A stretch of DNA of 64,000 nucleotides, from assembly GCA_045589295.1 (NCBI GenBank), contig JAZNOU010000007.1:32001-96000 (forward strand), written 5' to 3'. The position numbers and the translations under genes are program-made. This document shows, in pieces, positions 1 to 10,100 of the stretch; positions within the stretch are counted from its first letter, which is position 1, and the number at the start of each line of letters is the position of its first letter. The stretch is from Clostridia bacterium (GTDB taxonomy: Bacteria; Bacillota; Clostridia; RGIG6154). A model generated the notes under the pieces. The model saw only the letters and a list, made by a program, of their open reading frames with translations. It was not told the DNA's origin and searched no databases.

Positions 1-1
1 C

Positions 2-535
2 ATTACAAAGTGTCCTTATGTAAGTTCCTTTTGAACAAGAAACCACTATTTCAACCTGCTCACTATCTTTATTATAATTTAAAACTTCAATTGAAAACAC
101 AGTTATTTTTCTGGGCTTACGTTCAATTTCTTTTCCTTCTCTTGCAAGTTTGTATAATTTTTGACCATTAATCTTTACAGCACTGTACATAGGTGGTATT
201 TGGCTGATTTCACCAATAAATTCACCTATTACATTTTTAATCTGCGCAAGTGAAAGATTAACATTGTGTCGTGCAACAATCTCTCCCTCACTGTCTTGAG
301 TAGTTGTAGATGCTCCTAATTGTAAAACAGCTCTGTACTCTTTTGTCCCGTCCATTATTTTTTGCGAAAGTTTTGTAGCTTCTCTTCCAATTAAAATTGG
401 CAAAACTCCGGACGCCAAAGGATCTAATGTACCTGTATGGCCGACTTTCTTAATTCCTGTTATTCTCCTTATAACAGCTACTACAAAGTGAGAACTTTTT
501 CCTATTGGTTTGTTAATATTAACAATTCCTGTCAA
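2..535 (-). CDS. truB: tRNA pseudouridine(55) synthase TruB, 5' part (runs off window start)
   Basis: Manual translation from TTG at 535: MTGIVNINKPIGKSSHFVV...KKVGHTGTLDPLASGVLPI...PPMYSAVKINGQKLYKLAR; lies after rbfA-nrnA. Confidence 0.95.
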   Translation of the reverse strand, partial: MTGIVNINKPIGKSSHFVVAVIRRITGIKKVGHTGTLDPLASGVLPILIGREATKLSQKIMDGTKEYRAVLQLGASTTTQDSEGEIVARHNVNLSLAQIKNVIGEFIGEISQIPPMYSAVKINGQKLYKLAREGKEIERKPRKITVFSIEVLNYNKDSEQVEIVVSCSKGTYIRTLCN

Positions 536-549
536 ATAATTCAAACCCC

Positions 550-1500
550 CTAAAGTAAATTTTCTGTAACTTGAACAATCTTTTCTAGTGTCTTTTCAAC
601 ACAAATTTCTGTTGAAAATCCAGCCGCTCTAATATGACCTCCACCGCCAAAAATTGAGGAAATATATGCGGCATCAACATAAGCATTCGTTCTTATGCTA
701 CCTTTGGTATTTCCGTCCTTTTCTTTGATCAAACAACCAACCTCAACGCCTTTAATACTTCTTAGCAGATCAACAAGCCCTTCGGTATTTTCGTACGAAG
801 CGCCAAATTTTTCAAGATCCTTTTCAGTAATAACAGCAATAGCTAGCTTGCCTTCATAAAATATTTTTAAATTATTTATGATGTGAGATTTTAAATTCAA
901 CTCAACTAATGTAACTGTATTAAATAAAAACCTGTTGATTTTCGCACTGTCAATCCCAAGCGAAATCAACTTTGCCGCAACCATATGTGTTTTGGGTGTA
1001 GAGTTTGAATATGCAAAACATCCAGTATCAGAAGAAATTGCTACATACAAAAGAGATGCTATTTCTTTATTTAATTTAAATTTCATCTCTTCAAACAAGT
1101 GCGCAATTATCTCGCCTGTAGCTGCTGCATCTGAATCTACATAGTTGAAATTTGCGTATTTTGTATTAGTAAAATGATGGTCAATATTAATACAATTCTC
1201 ATGTTTAGCAACATAATCCTGAAATTTGCCAAATCTTTTTTCATCAGCACAGTCAAGAGCTACAACAGTATCATAATTATTTTGTTTTAATTCTGTAAAA
1301 TATTCACAATCACAATATTCGCCTAAAAATTCTAACCTCTGACTTATTTTTTCATTCAAATACAAATCTACAAGTTTTCCGTTTGACTCAAGTGCACACT
1401 TTAATGCTAACGCACTACCCAAAGCATCTCCATCTGCTGTAACATGAACAAAAACAGCAACTTTCACAGCTGAATTCAAAACATTAATAATATCTTTCAT
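550..1500 (-). CDS. nrnA: DHH-family oligoribonuclease/pAp phosphatase NrnA
   Basis: DGDALGS, NIDHH, SDTG and GGGH motifs; rbfA-truB context. Confidence 0.9.
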   Translation of the reverse strand: MKDIINVLNSAVKVAVFVHVTADGDALGSALALKCALESNGKLVDLYLNEKISQRLEFLGEYCDCEYFTELKQNNYDTVVALDCADEKRFGKFQDYVAKHENCINIDHHFTNTKYANFNYVDSDAAATGEIIAHLFEEMKFKLNKEIASLLYVAISSDTGCFAYSNSTPKTHMVAAKLISLGIDSAKINRFLFNTVTLVELNLKSHIINNLKIFYEGKLAIAVITEKDLEKFGASYENTEGLVDLLRSIKGVEVGCLIKEKDGNTKGSIRTNAYVDAAYISSIFGGGGHIRAAGFSTEICVEKTLEKIVQVTENLL

Positions 1501-1850
1501 TATTGATCACCATTCAACTTGTTAATTAGATTATTTATATGTGCACCATATTCCATAGAATCATCAATTACAAAGCTAAGTTCAGGTGTATATCTAAGTT
1601 TTGTTCGAGATGAAATTTCTTTTCTGATAAAGCCACTACTGCTAACAAGCCCCTTTAAAATTTCTTTTTTCTTTTCATCGTCAGTAAAAGCAGAAATATA
1701 CACCTTTGCATATTTTAAATCTTTTGTTACTAAAACAGATACTACCGACATTAAGACACCATCAAAACGAGGATCCTTTAAAGTTGGCAAAATTGAACAC
1801 AATTCCCTTTTGATTTCTTCATCAATTTTTTGTTGTCTAAATTTAGCCAT
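1500..1850 (-). CDS. rbfA: Ribosome-binding factor A
   Basis: DLKYAKVY and LRYTPELSF motifs; downstream of infB. Confidence 0.96.
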   Translation of the reverse strand: MAKFRQQKIDEEIKRELCSILPTLKDPRFDGVLMSVVSVLVTKDLKYAKVYISAFTDDEKKKEILKGLVSSSGFIRKEISSRTKLRYTPELSFVIDDSMEYGAHINNLINKLNGDQ

Positions 1851-1864
1851 GTCTGTTCCTTTCG

Positions 1865-4204
1865 TTAACGTTTAATTTCTTCCATTATGAAACTTTCAAC
1901 AATATCTCCTTCTTTGATATCGTTAAAGTTTTCAATACCAATACCACATTCGTAACCGCTTGCAACTTCTTTAACATCATCTTTAAATCTCTTCAATGAG
2001 TCTAAAACACCTTCGTGAATAACAATACTATCACGAACTATACGAACCTGTGAGTTTCTTGAAATCTTACCATCTAACACGTATGAGCCACCAATTGTAC
2101 CCACACCTGAAACTTTAAATGTCTGTCTGATTTCAGCGTGTCCCTGAACAACTTCTTTAAATTCAGGATCAAGCATACCCTTCATAGCATCTTCAATTTC
2201 TTCAATAGCTGTATAAATTACTCTGTAAAGTCTGATTTCAACTTCTTCTCTTTCAGCACTCGAAATTGCATTAGCATCAGGACGAACGTTAAAACCAACA
2301 ATGATAGCGTTTGATGCTGATGCGAGCATAACGTCTGAATCGTTAACGCCACCAACACCACCATGGATAATTCTGATTCTTACTTCATCATTGCTGAGTT
2401 TTTCCAATGATTGTTTAACAGCTTCAACAGAACCCTGTACGTCAGCTTTAATGATAATGTTAAGCTCTTTCATCTTGCCCTGTTCAATCTGACTGAACAA
2501 GTTTTCCAATGATGCCTTTTGTGTTGCCTGAAGTGCCTCTTCTTTCTGCTTTGTAATTCTTTCATCAACAACATCGCGAGCTTTTTTCTCGTTTTCAACA
2601 ACGTAGAACAAATCTCCACCACTTGGAACGCTTGAAAGTCCTAAAATCTCTACCGGAACTGAAGGTTCAGCAGTTTTTACCCTATTACCTCTGTCGTCCA
2701 TCATAGCACGAACTCTGCCGATTGATGTACCAACAACTACAACATCACCAATTTTTAATGTACCATTCTGAACCAAAACTGTAGCAATAGGACCTCTACC
2801 CTTGTCAAGTCTTGATTCGATAACAATACCTCTTGCTTCTCTGTTAGGATTTGCTTTAAGTTCTCTCATATCAGCAACCAAAAGAAGCATTTCCAAAAGT
2901 TCATCAATACCCTGACCTGTCATAGCTGATACATTAACACAAATTGTATCGCCGCCCCACTGTTCAGGGATAAGTTCATGTTCTGTAAGTTCCTGTAATA
3001 CTCTGTCAGGATTTGCTGTGTCTTTATCACACTTGTTAACAGCAACGATTACACTTACACCTGCAGCTTTAGCGTGGTTAATAGCTTCAACTGTCTGCGG
3101 CATAATACCATCATCAGCTGCAACAACCAAAATTGCAATATCAGTAGCCTGTGCACCTCTTGCGCGCATTGCAGTAAAAGCCTCATGACCCGGAGTATCA
3201 AGGAAAGTGATTTCTTTTCCGTCAAGATTTACTCTATATGCACCGATATGCTGTGTAATACCACCTGCTTCACCTGCAGTTACATGTGTACTTCTTATTT
3301 TATCCAAAAGACTTGTTTTACCGTGGACAACGTGACCCATAACACAAACAACCGGACTTCTTGGGAGTAAATCTTCTTCTTTATCTTCAATATCAATAAG
3401 AAGTGATTCTTCTGCAGTAATAATTACTTCTTTTTTAACTATAGCTTCAAATTCTTCTGCAACGATAGCAGCAGTATCAAAGTCAATAATATCACTTACT
3501 GCAGCCATCTGGCCCAACATAAACAATTTTTTAACAACTTCAGCCGCTGTCTTTTTAAGACGAGATGCAAGTTCACCAACAGAGATTGAATCAGGAATTT
3601 CAACTTCAAGTTTTACCGGTTTTGGAATTGTTTTCTTCACCTGCTGAAGTGGTTTATTATCTTTCTTACCAAAACGATTCTGACCTTTTTTGATTTTCTG
3701 CTTATTCTGCATATTATCTTTAATTTTGTCAGAAACCATTTCTTCGATCTGTTCAACTTTTTCAATTCGGTTTACATCAATAGCTTCTGAACGAGTGTTA
3801 ACAACAACATTAACTCTTTCTTTTTTAGGCTGAGGTTGTGCCTGTTTTTTCTTTTCAGATTTTTCAAAAGGATGTGGGTTTGATGGTTTTTTCTGCTTTT
3901 GTTCAGGCTCTTTAATTTCTTCTTTCTTTTCTTCAACCTTTACTTCTTCTTTTTTCTCTTCAAGCTTTGGTTCTTCTTTTCTTACAATTACACCATAATT
4001 CATGGTGCTGTTTAAAATATTAAATTTTCCGCCTTTATCATATTTCTGTGATAAAACCTCAAATATAATATCAAGTTGGTTTTCTTCAAGAACAGTCATA
4101 TACCCTTTAACAGATATTCCAAACTGTTCTAATATTCCTATTATATCTTTACTTGTTAAATTTAAATCTTTTGCAAGTTCGTGAACTCTAACTTTTTGTA
4201 GCAT
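1865..4204 (-). CDS. infB: Translation initiation factor IF-2
   Basis: N-terminal [44 protein letters not shown]; G1 motif reads GHVVHGKT. Confidence 0.98.
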   Translation of the reverse strand: MLQKVRVHELAKDLNLTSKDIIGILEQFGISVKGYMTVLEENQLDIIFEVLSQKYDKGGKFNILNSTMNYGVIVRKEEPKLEEKKEEVKVEEKKEEIKEPEQKQKKPSNPHPFEKSEKKKQAQPQPKKERVNVVVNTRSEAIDVNRIEKVEQIEEMVSDKIKDNMQNKQKIKKGQNRFGKKDNKPLQQVKKTIPKPVKLEVEIPDSISVGELASRLKKTAAEVVKKLFMLGQMAAVSDIIDFDTAAIVAEEFEAIVKKEVIITAEESLLIDIEDKEEDLLPRSPVVCVMGHVVHGKTSLLDKIRSTHVTAGEAGGITQHIGAYRVNLDGKEITFLDTPGHEAFTAMRARGAQATDIAILVVAADDGIMPQTVEAINHAKAAGVSVIVAVNKCDKDTANPDRVLQELTEHELIPEQWGGDTICVNVSAMTGQGIDELLEMLLLVADMRELKANPNREARGIVIESRLDKGRGPIATVLVQNGTLKIGDVVVVGTSIGRVRAMMDDRGNRVKTAEPSVPVEILGLSSVPSGGDLFYVVENEKKARDVVDERITKQKEEALQATQKASLENLFSQIEQGKMKELNIIIKADVQGSVEAVKQSLEKLSNDEVRIRIIHGGVGGVNDSDVMLASASNAIIVGFNVRPDANAISSAEREEVEIRLYRVIYTAIEEIEDAMKGMLDPEFKEVVQGHAEIRQTFKVSGVGTIGGSYVLDGKISRNSQVRIVRDSIVIHEGVLDSLKRFKDDVKEVASGYECGIGIENFNDIKEGDIVESFIMEEIKR

Positions 4205-4246
4205 TTAAATTCCTCGCTTTCTTCAAAAAACGCTTTTAAGAGCAAA

Positions 4247-4543
4247 TTATTCTTCATTGGCTATATATGCTTTTAAAATAGCGTCAGCAAATTCTTTATC
4301 GGTTATTACAGCAACTCTTCTAATTTCTTTACCGGTACATTTTCCAAGTTTTTCCTCAGAATCAATATAAATTATACGAACCCCTAAATTTATGAAAATT
4401 TTTTCTGTAGATTTTGAAATGCCCTTTGCTAAAACAATTAGTTTTGCTTTGCCGTTTTTAACAGCCTTCTCACACAGATCAGTGCCTGTTACTATTTTCC
4501 CTGCCCTTGTTGCAAGTCCTAAAAGTCTTTCAGCTTTAGTCAT
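4247..4543 (-). CDS. ylxQ: L7Ae/L30e-family RNA-binding protein (YlxQ)
   Basis: LLGLATRAGKIVTG, LGKCTGK; position in nusA-infB operon. Confidence 0.88.
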   Translation of the reverse strand: MTKAERLLGLATRAGKIVTGTDLCEKAVKNGKAKLIVLAKGISKSTEKIFINLGVRIIYIDSEEKLGKCTGKEIRRVAVITDKEFADAILKAYIANEE

Positions 4544-4796
4544 TTTTCTCGAGCACTTCCTTTATTGATTCGAAAATTTCTTTGTCTGATATCAGGCCAT
4601 ATATCCTGGCAAACTTTTTTGATGATGCGATTTTTTCAAGGCAGTTAACACTGCAAATATACATTCCTCGACCACCAGATTTAAAGTTAGAATCTAAAAA
4701 AGTTTTCCCTTTAGAAGTAGCCACTCTTACCATAGTATACTTATTTTTCAGACTTCTACAGCAGACACAAGTTCTGCAATTAACCTTGTCGTTCAT
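4536..4796 (-). CDS. ylxR: YlxR/DUF448 RNA-binding protein
   Basis: RTCVCCR and GRGMYIC motifs; position after nusA. Confidence 0.88.
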   Translation of the reverse strand: MNDKVNCRTCVCCRSLKNKYTMVRVATSKGKTFLDSNFKSGGRGMYICSVNCLEKIASSKKFARIYGLISDKEIFESIKEVLEKND

Positions 4797-4806
4797 AAAT
4801 TTATCC

Positions 4807-5859
4807 TTAAAACTCTAAATTTATATTATCTTCTGCTTTTATATCAATTTTCCAACCTGTAAGCTTTGCTGCAAGTCTTGCGTTTTGTCCTTCTCTGCCG
4901 ATAGCAAGTGAAAGCTGAAAAGCAGGAACTACAACAGTGCACATTTTTTCATCTTCGTTAACATCAATTGATATAACTTTTGCAGGACTTAACGCAGCCT
5001 GAATAAATTCGGCCGGATCCGCACTCCATTTAATAATATCAATTTTCTCTCCACCAAGAGCATCAACTACGTTTTGAACTCTCACGCCACGCTGCCCAAC
5101 ACATGAGCCGATAGGATCAATATTTGGATTCTCTGCATATACTGCAATTTTAGTTCTTGAGCCAGGTTCACGAGAGATTGCTTTTATCTGAACAATTCCT
5201 TCTCCAATTTCAGGAACTTCACTTTCAAAAAGTTTTCCTACAATTCCAGCATTACTTCTTGAAACGATAATTTCAGGACCATAATTTGTTTTGTTAACTT
5301 TTGCAACGTACAGTTTGATTTTGTCACCTGGTTCAATTTTTTCTCCCTCAATCTGCTCGCTGGGCGGAATAATTGCTTCAAAATTACCAACATCAACAAT
5401 AATATTCTTCTTATCCACTCTTTTTACAACACCTGTTGTTACAGTGTTTTCCTTTTTTCTAAATTCAGTGTACAGTTTTCCACTTTCTGCTTCACGGAGT
5501 TTTTGAAGCATAACCTGCTTAGCTGTTTGGGCAGCAATTCTTGAAAAAGGAGTCTGGTCAATTTCTTCAACCACAACATCGCCAATTTCATAAGCTTCGT
5601 TTATTTCTTTAGCTTCATCTAAATCATATTCGCCTTCTTGGCCCAAGCCATTTTCAACAACTCTGCAATGTTTATATAAAGTTACATCGCCGGTTTCTCT
5701 GTTTAGTTCAACAACAAGATCTGCACCCTTAATTCCTCTAATGCTTCTTTTGTAAGCTATCGCAAGTGCACCTTCAATTGCCTGGAACATATATTCCTTT
5801 TCAATACCTTTCTCTTTTTCCAGCATAGTAATTGCTGCAAGTAATTCTTTGTTATCCAC
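4807..5859 (-). CDS. nusA: Transcription termination factor NusA
   Basis: RIAAQTAKQV, S1 and KH domains, REPGSRTKIAV, LSLAIGREGQNARLA. Confidence 0.98.
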   Translation of the reverse strand: MDNKELLAAITMLEKEKGIEKEYMFQAIEGALAIAYKRSIRGIKGADLVVELNRETGDVTLYKHCRVVENGLGQEGEYDLDEAKEINEAYEIGDVVVEEIDQTPFSRIAAQTAKQVMLQKLREAESGKLYTEFRKKENTVTTGVVKRVDKKNIIVDVGNFEAIIPPSEQIEGEKIEPGDKIKLYVAKVNKTNYGPEIIVSRSNAGIVGKLFESEVPEIGEGIVQIKAISREPGSRTKIAVYAENPNIDPIGSCVGQRGVRVQNVVDALGGEKIDIIKWSADPAEFIQAALSPAKVISIDVNEDEKMCTVVVPAFQLSLAIGREGQNARLAAKLTGWKIDIKAEDNINLEF

Positions 5860-5872
5860 TTATGTTACCTCC

Positions 5873-6334
5873 TTAAAATTCAACAACCAATCTTACTGAT
5901 GAAATTTTTTCATTTGGAATTGTTATAATATTATTTTCTACTTCAATCTGTGTTGAAATTTCATCTCTTTTAAAAAGTGTACCTTCAATGTTTTTGTTTC
6001 CCTCATACGACCCATAAAAGTTAACATTCACCCTGGTTCCTGCGAATCTGTCAAAATCTCTTTGTTTTTTTAGTTTTCTTTCAAGTCCCGGAGAAGATAC
6101 CTCAAGATAATATGCCTGTTCGATGGGGTCCTCCTCGTCTAAAATATCACTAAGAGGGCGAGAAACAGCTTCGCAATCATCAATAGAAACGCAACCGTCC
6201 TCTCTATCAATGAAAACTCTCAGATAATATTCTGAACCTTCTTTTTTAAATTCTACATCGTAAATTGATATTCCTAAAGGTTCTGCTACCCTTAGCGCAA
6301 TTTTTTCTACGATATCTTCTATTTTACCTGCCAT
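5873..6334 (-). CDS. rimP: Ribosome maturation factor RimP
   Basis: YLRVFID, SIDDCEAVSR, YYLEVSSPGLER; start placed at ATG 6334 after GGAGG. Confidence 0.95.
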   Translation of the reverse strand: MAGKIEDIVEKIALRVAEPLGISIYDVEFKKEGSEYYLRVFIDREDGCVSIDDCEAVSRPLSDILDEEDPIEQAYYLEVSSPGLERKLKKQRDFDRFAGTRVNVNFYGSYEGNKNIEGTLFKRDEISTQIEVENNIITIPNEKISSVRLVVEF

Positions 6335-6362
6335 ATTCCCTCCAATTATTTGTAAGAACAAC

Positions 6363-6394
6363 GCAAAAGAGTGAGCTTTTGCTCACTCCTTTGC
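6363..6394 (-). promoter_or_regulatory. rimP leader hairpin / attenuator-like weak terminator
   Basis: Minus strand GAGTGAGC-AAAA-GCTCACTC followed by TTTTGCGTTG, between the promoter and rimP. Confidence 0.75.
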
Positions 6395-6415
6395 TGAAAT
6401 TCTTAAGATAGCGTT

Positions 6416-6444
6416 ATTATACCACATTAAATATTAAAAATCAA
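6416..6444 (-). promoter_or_regulatory. sigmaA promoter of rimP-nusA-infB operon
   Basis: TTGATT-N17-TATAAT with extended -10 (TGTGG). Confidence 0.8.
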
Positions 6445-6473
6445 GTGTTTAACTTAATTTTTTTACTTTTTTG

Positions 6474-7103
6474 TTAAAAATCCTCTTCTTTTACAGTTTC
6501 AAGCTTTGTAACCGAAACTTCAAAAGCTGTTTTTTCAACAAACTCATCCTCAGAAATTTTCTTTTTATAATCTCTGCTTTGAATTCTGCCCCATAGTTTT
6601 ATATTTGTCCCAACAGCTAAATTACCAGTAAATTTGGCGTTTCTGCCCCACGTAATACATGGAATGTAGTCAGACTTACCATACTGTCTGTTTACCGCAA
6701 TCAAAACATCACAAATTTCTCTGCCAAACGGCGTTGTTCTGTAAACCGGGGATTTGCAAATATATCCATTAAGATAAATGGAATTAGGTGAATCAAAATC
6801 TTCAGTCATATCATATATGTTTTTAACAAAAACAGTAAGTATAAGCTTATTCCCATCATCAGAATAATTGTTATATGAACGGAATTGACCTGTCACCTGA
6901 ATATATCTTCCAACATAAAGATCTATATCACCAAGCATTCTCTCTGAAACAGTTAGTATTACTGTATCGTAGTTATCGCTTAGCCTTGGTACTTTCAATC
7001 TTAGCTTACAAAAACCTTCTCCGTATATTTCGTGACTGTATTCCGGGTTGCTGTCTACAATTCCTTCCAATTGTACCTCATTGTTAGTCAGTAATTTTTC
7101 CAT
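6474..7103 (-). CDS. Single-stranded DNA-binding protein with two OB folds (clostridial type)
   Basis: Two SSB-like repeats (NEVQLEG...VTGQFRSY and NSIYLNG...SDYIPCITW...LWGRIQSRDY); C-terminus EEDF. Confidence 0.88.
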   Translation of the reverse strand: MEKLLTNNEVQLEGIVDSNPEYSHEIYGEGFCKLRLKVPRLSDNYDTVILTVSERMLGDIDLYVGRYIQVTGQFRSYNNYSDDGNKLILTVFVKNIYDMTEDFDSPNSIYLNGYICKSPVYRTTPFGREICDVLIAVNRQYGKSDYIPCITWGRNAKFTGNLAVGTNIKLWGRIQSRDYKKKISEDEFVEKTAFEVSVTKLETVKEEDF

Positions 7104-7159
7104 AAATACCCTCCTGAAGTGCTGCTATAAATACAGACACTTTAATCGTTATACGATAT

Positions 7160-7187
7160 ATTTATGCAAAAACTAACGATGATATAC
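7160..7187 (-). promoter_or_regulatory. Candidate sigmaE-type sporulation promoter of the tandem-OB ssb
   Basis: GTATA-N16-CATAAAT on minus strand directly after the polC stop. Confidence 0.5.
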
Positions 7188-10100
7188 TAAAAAAATGTAA
7201 TCTGTGCAGATTCTTGCATACCATCTAAGCAACCTTCTTGTCGCAATACCTCGATTGCTGTCTTATTGACACCGCTACGCATTCTCAAATCTTCAATTGA
7301 AGTAAACTCTCCATCACATCTTGCTTCAGCTATAGATTTGGCTGCGTTTTCGCCAAGCCCGGGCATTGCTGAAAGCGGCGGTAATATTTTTTCATTTTCG
7401 TCAAGAGTAAATTTAACTGCATCAGATTTGTATAAATCTATTTTAGCAAATTCATATCCTCTTGTATACATTTCATTGCAAACTTCTAAAATTGTAAGTA
7501 CGGAAGAATCTTTTACACTTAATTTTTCATTACTGTTTCTTAAGCGTTTAATTTCTTCTCTTGTTTTCTCTAACCCCTTTGTCATTAGACTTGCATCAAA
7601 CAAATCTGCACGGACAGTAAAATATGTCATATAAAACGCTAATGGTCGGTATACTTTAAACCATGCAATTCTGTATGCCATCATTACGTATGCAGCAGCA
7701 TGTGCTTTAGGGAACATATACTTAATCTTCAAACACGAATCGATATACCAATCAGGCACATTACTTTCCTTCATTTTGGGTATATATTCCTGATGTTGAA
7801 AAAATTTGCCTTTACGTGTAAATTCCATAATTTGGAATGCATCTTCAGCCTCCATGCCCATATACATAAGATTTACCATGATATCATCGCGGGTACAAAT
7901 AACTTCTTTTAAAGTAGCGGTACCCTCACGCACTAAATCCTGTGCGTTATTGAGCCAAACATCTGTACCATGAGAAAGTCCGGAAATTCGTATCAATTCA
8001 CCAAAAGTAGTGGGCAATGTATCTAAAAGCATCTGCTTTGTAAATCCGGTTCCAAATTCCGGCAAACCGTTTGTACCAATTATTTCATTAAACTCTTCAT
8101 CATATAATTCTTCTTTGTATTTCAGCATTTTATTACTGGAAAACAAACTCATTACGCCCTCGTCATCTAAAGGAATTTTTTGAACATCAATCCCTGTGAT
8201 ATCAGAGAGCATTCTCAAAACTGTTGGATCGTCATGACCCAAAATATCAAATTTAAGAAGTGTTCCTTTCATTTTGCTGTAATCAAAATGTGTAGTTATA
8301 ATATCAACATCTGTTTTATCTGCAGGCCTGTGTATAGGACAAAAATCATATATATCCATATCATCAGGCACAACGACCATACCACCTGGATGCTGACCAG
8401 TTGTTTTTCTTACACCAGCACAACCAATTGTTAGTCTGTTTTTTTCTGCATTTGTAGCTTGAATATTTCTTTCAGCAAGATAATTCATGACATAACCATA
8501 TGCTGTTTTATCTGCCAAGGTGGAAATAGTACCCGCCTTAAACACGTGATCGCTACCAAAAAAGTTTTCAAGATATTTATGGGCCTTTGCCTGATATTCA
8601 CCAGAAAAATTCAGATCTATATCAGGGTCTTTTTCACCATGAAAACCAAGAAAAGTTTCAAATGGAATATCAAACCCATCTTTATTCATTTTTGTTCCAC
8701 ATTCAGGACAGTCTTTATCTGGCATATCTACGCCACAAGCATATTTACCATCAGTAACAAATTCATTATGTTTACAGTTTGGACATACATAATGCGGGCA
8801 CAACGAATTAACCTCTGTGATTTTCATTAAAAAGGCAATAAATGAAGAACCGACAGAACCACGAGAGCCAACCAAATACCCATCTTCTAAGGATTTCCAC
8901 ACAAGTTTCTGTGCAATTACATACATAACAGAAAATCCGTTGTTTATGATTGAATTAAGTTCCTTATCCATTCTGTCAAGGACAAATTGTGGAATATTTT
9001 CGCCATAAATTTCATGGGCGGTAGAATACGAAATATTTCTAACATCGTCTTCAGCGCCATCAATTCTAGGTGCATATGTTTGTTTAGGAATAGGCTGCAA
9101 GTTAGGTTCAATCATATCAGCAATCAAATTAGTATTTTTAACAACGGCGTTATATGCGGTTTCTTCATCGAAATAATCAAATTCCTTAAGCATATCCGTT
9201 GTATTTCTAAAATACAGTGGTGCTTGATTATCAGCATCTTTATACTTCTGTCCTGCCTGAATTATCGCTCTGAAAATTTTATCATCTGGGTCTAAAAAAT
9301 GCGCATCACAAGTTGCTACATAAGGTTTATTAAGCTCCTTAGCTAAATCTACAATAATCTTATTAAAATCCTGTAACTGCTTAACACTATCCACAGTTCC
9401 ATTATCCAACATAAATCTGTTGTTACCTATAGGCTGAATTTCCAAATAATCATAAAAATCTGCCATTTTGAGTAATTCATTATGGCTTTTACCTTCAACA
9501 ACCGCACAAAAGAGCTCACCAGCTTCACAAGCCGAACCAACAATAAGCCCGTCACGATACTCAGAAAGAATTCTTCTTGGAACCCTAGGTCTTTTGTGGA
9601 AATAGTTAAGATGAGATTCTGAGATAATTTTATATAAATTTTTCATACCCTCTTGATTTTTAACCAAGAGAACTACGTGATATGTATTTGCCTTTGTATA
9701 ATCAGAATGTGGGAACTTTGAGTTAATTTCCTGAATATTATTTGCGCCCAATTTAACCAGTGCATCTCTTGTTTTTAAAAAAATCAAGCCACAAGTTCTC
9801 GCATCATCAAAAGCTCTGTGATGACTACCCATATTAATATTTAAACGCTTGGCAACAATATCTAATTTAAATTTTTTTAAATCTGGAAGTACGTTTTTAC
9901 AAAGTTCCAAAGTGTCAATAGAAGTATTAGTGAAACTAAGTCCCATTTTTTCACAGTTAAACTTGATAAATCCACAGTCAAATTCTGCATTATGTGCAAT
10001 TACCGGAAAATCACCAACAAAATCAAGAAATTTGGGCATTATAGTTGCAAGGTCGGGCATTCCTGTAAGCATGTCATTAGTTATTCCAGTCAATTCAGTA

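Noticed and set aside
3880-3985. Short repeats in infB ([17 protein letters not shown])
   Set aside because: Low-complexity Lys/Glu linker normal for the IF2 N-terminal region; not a CRISPR array or mobile repeat
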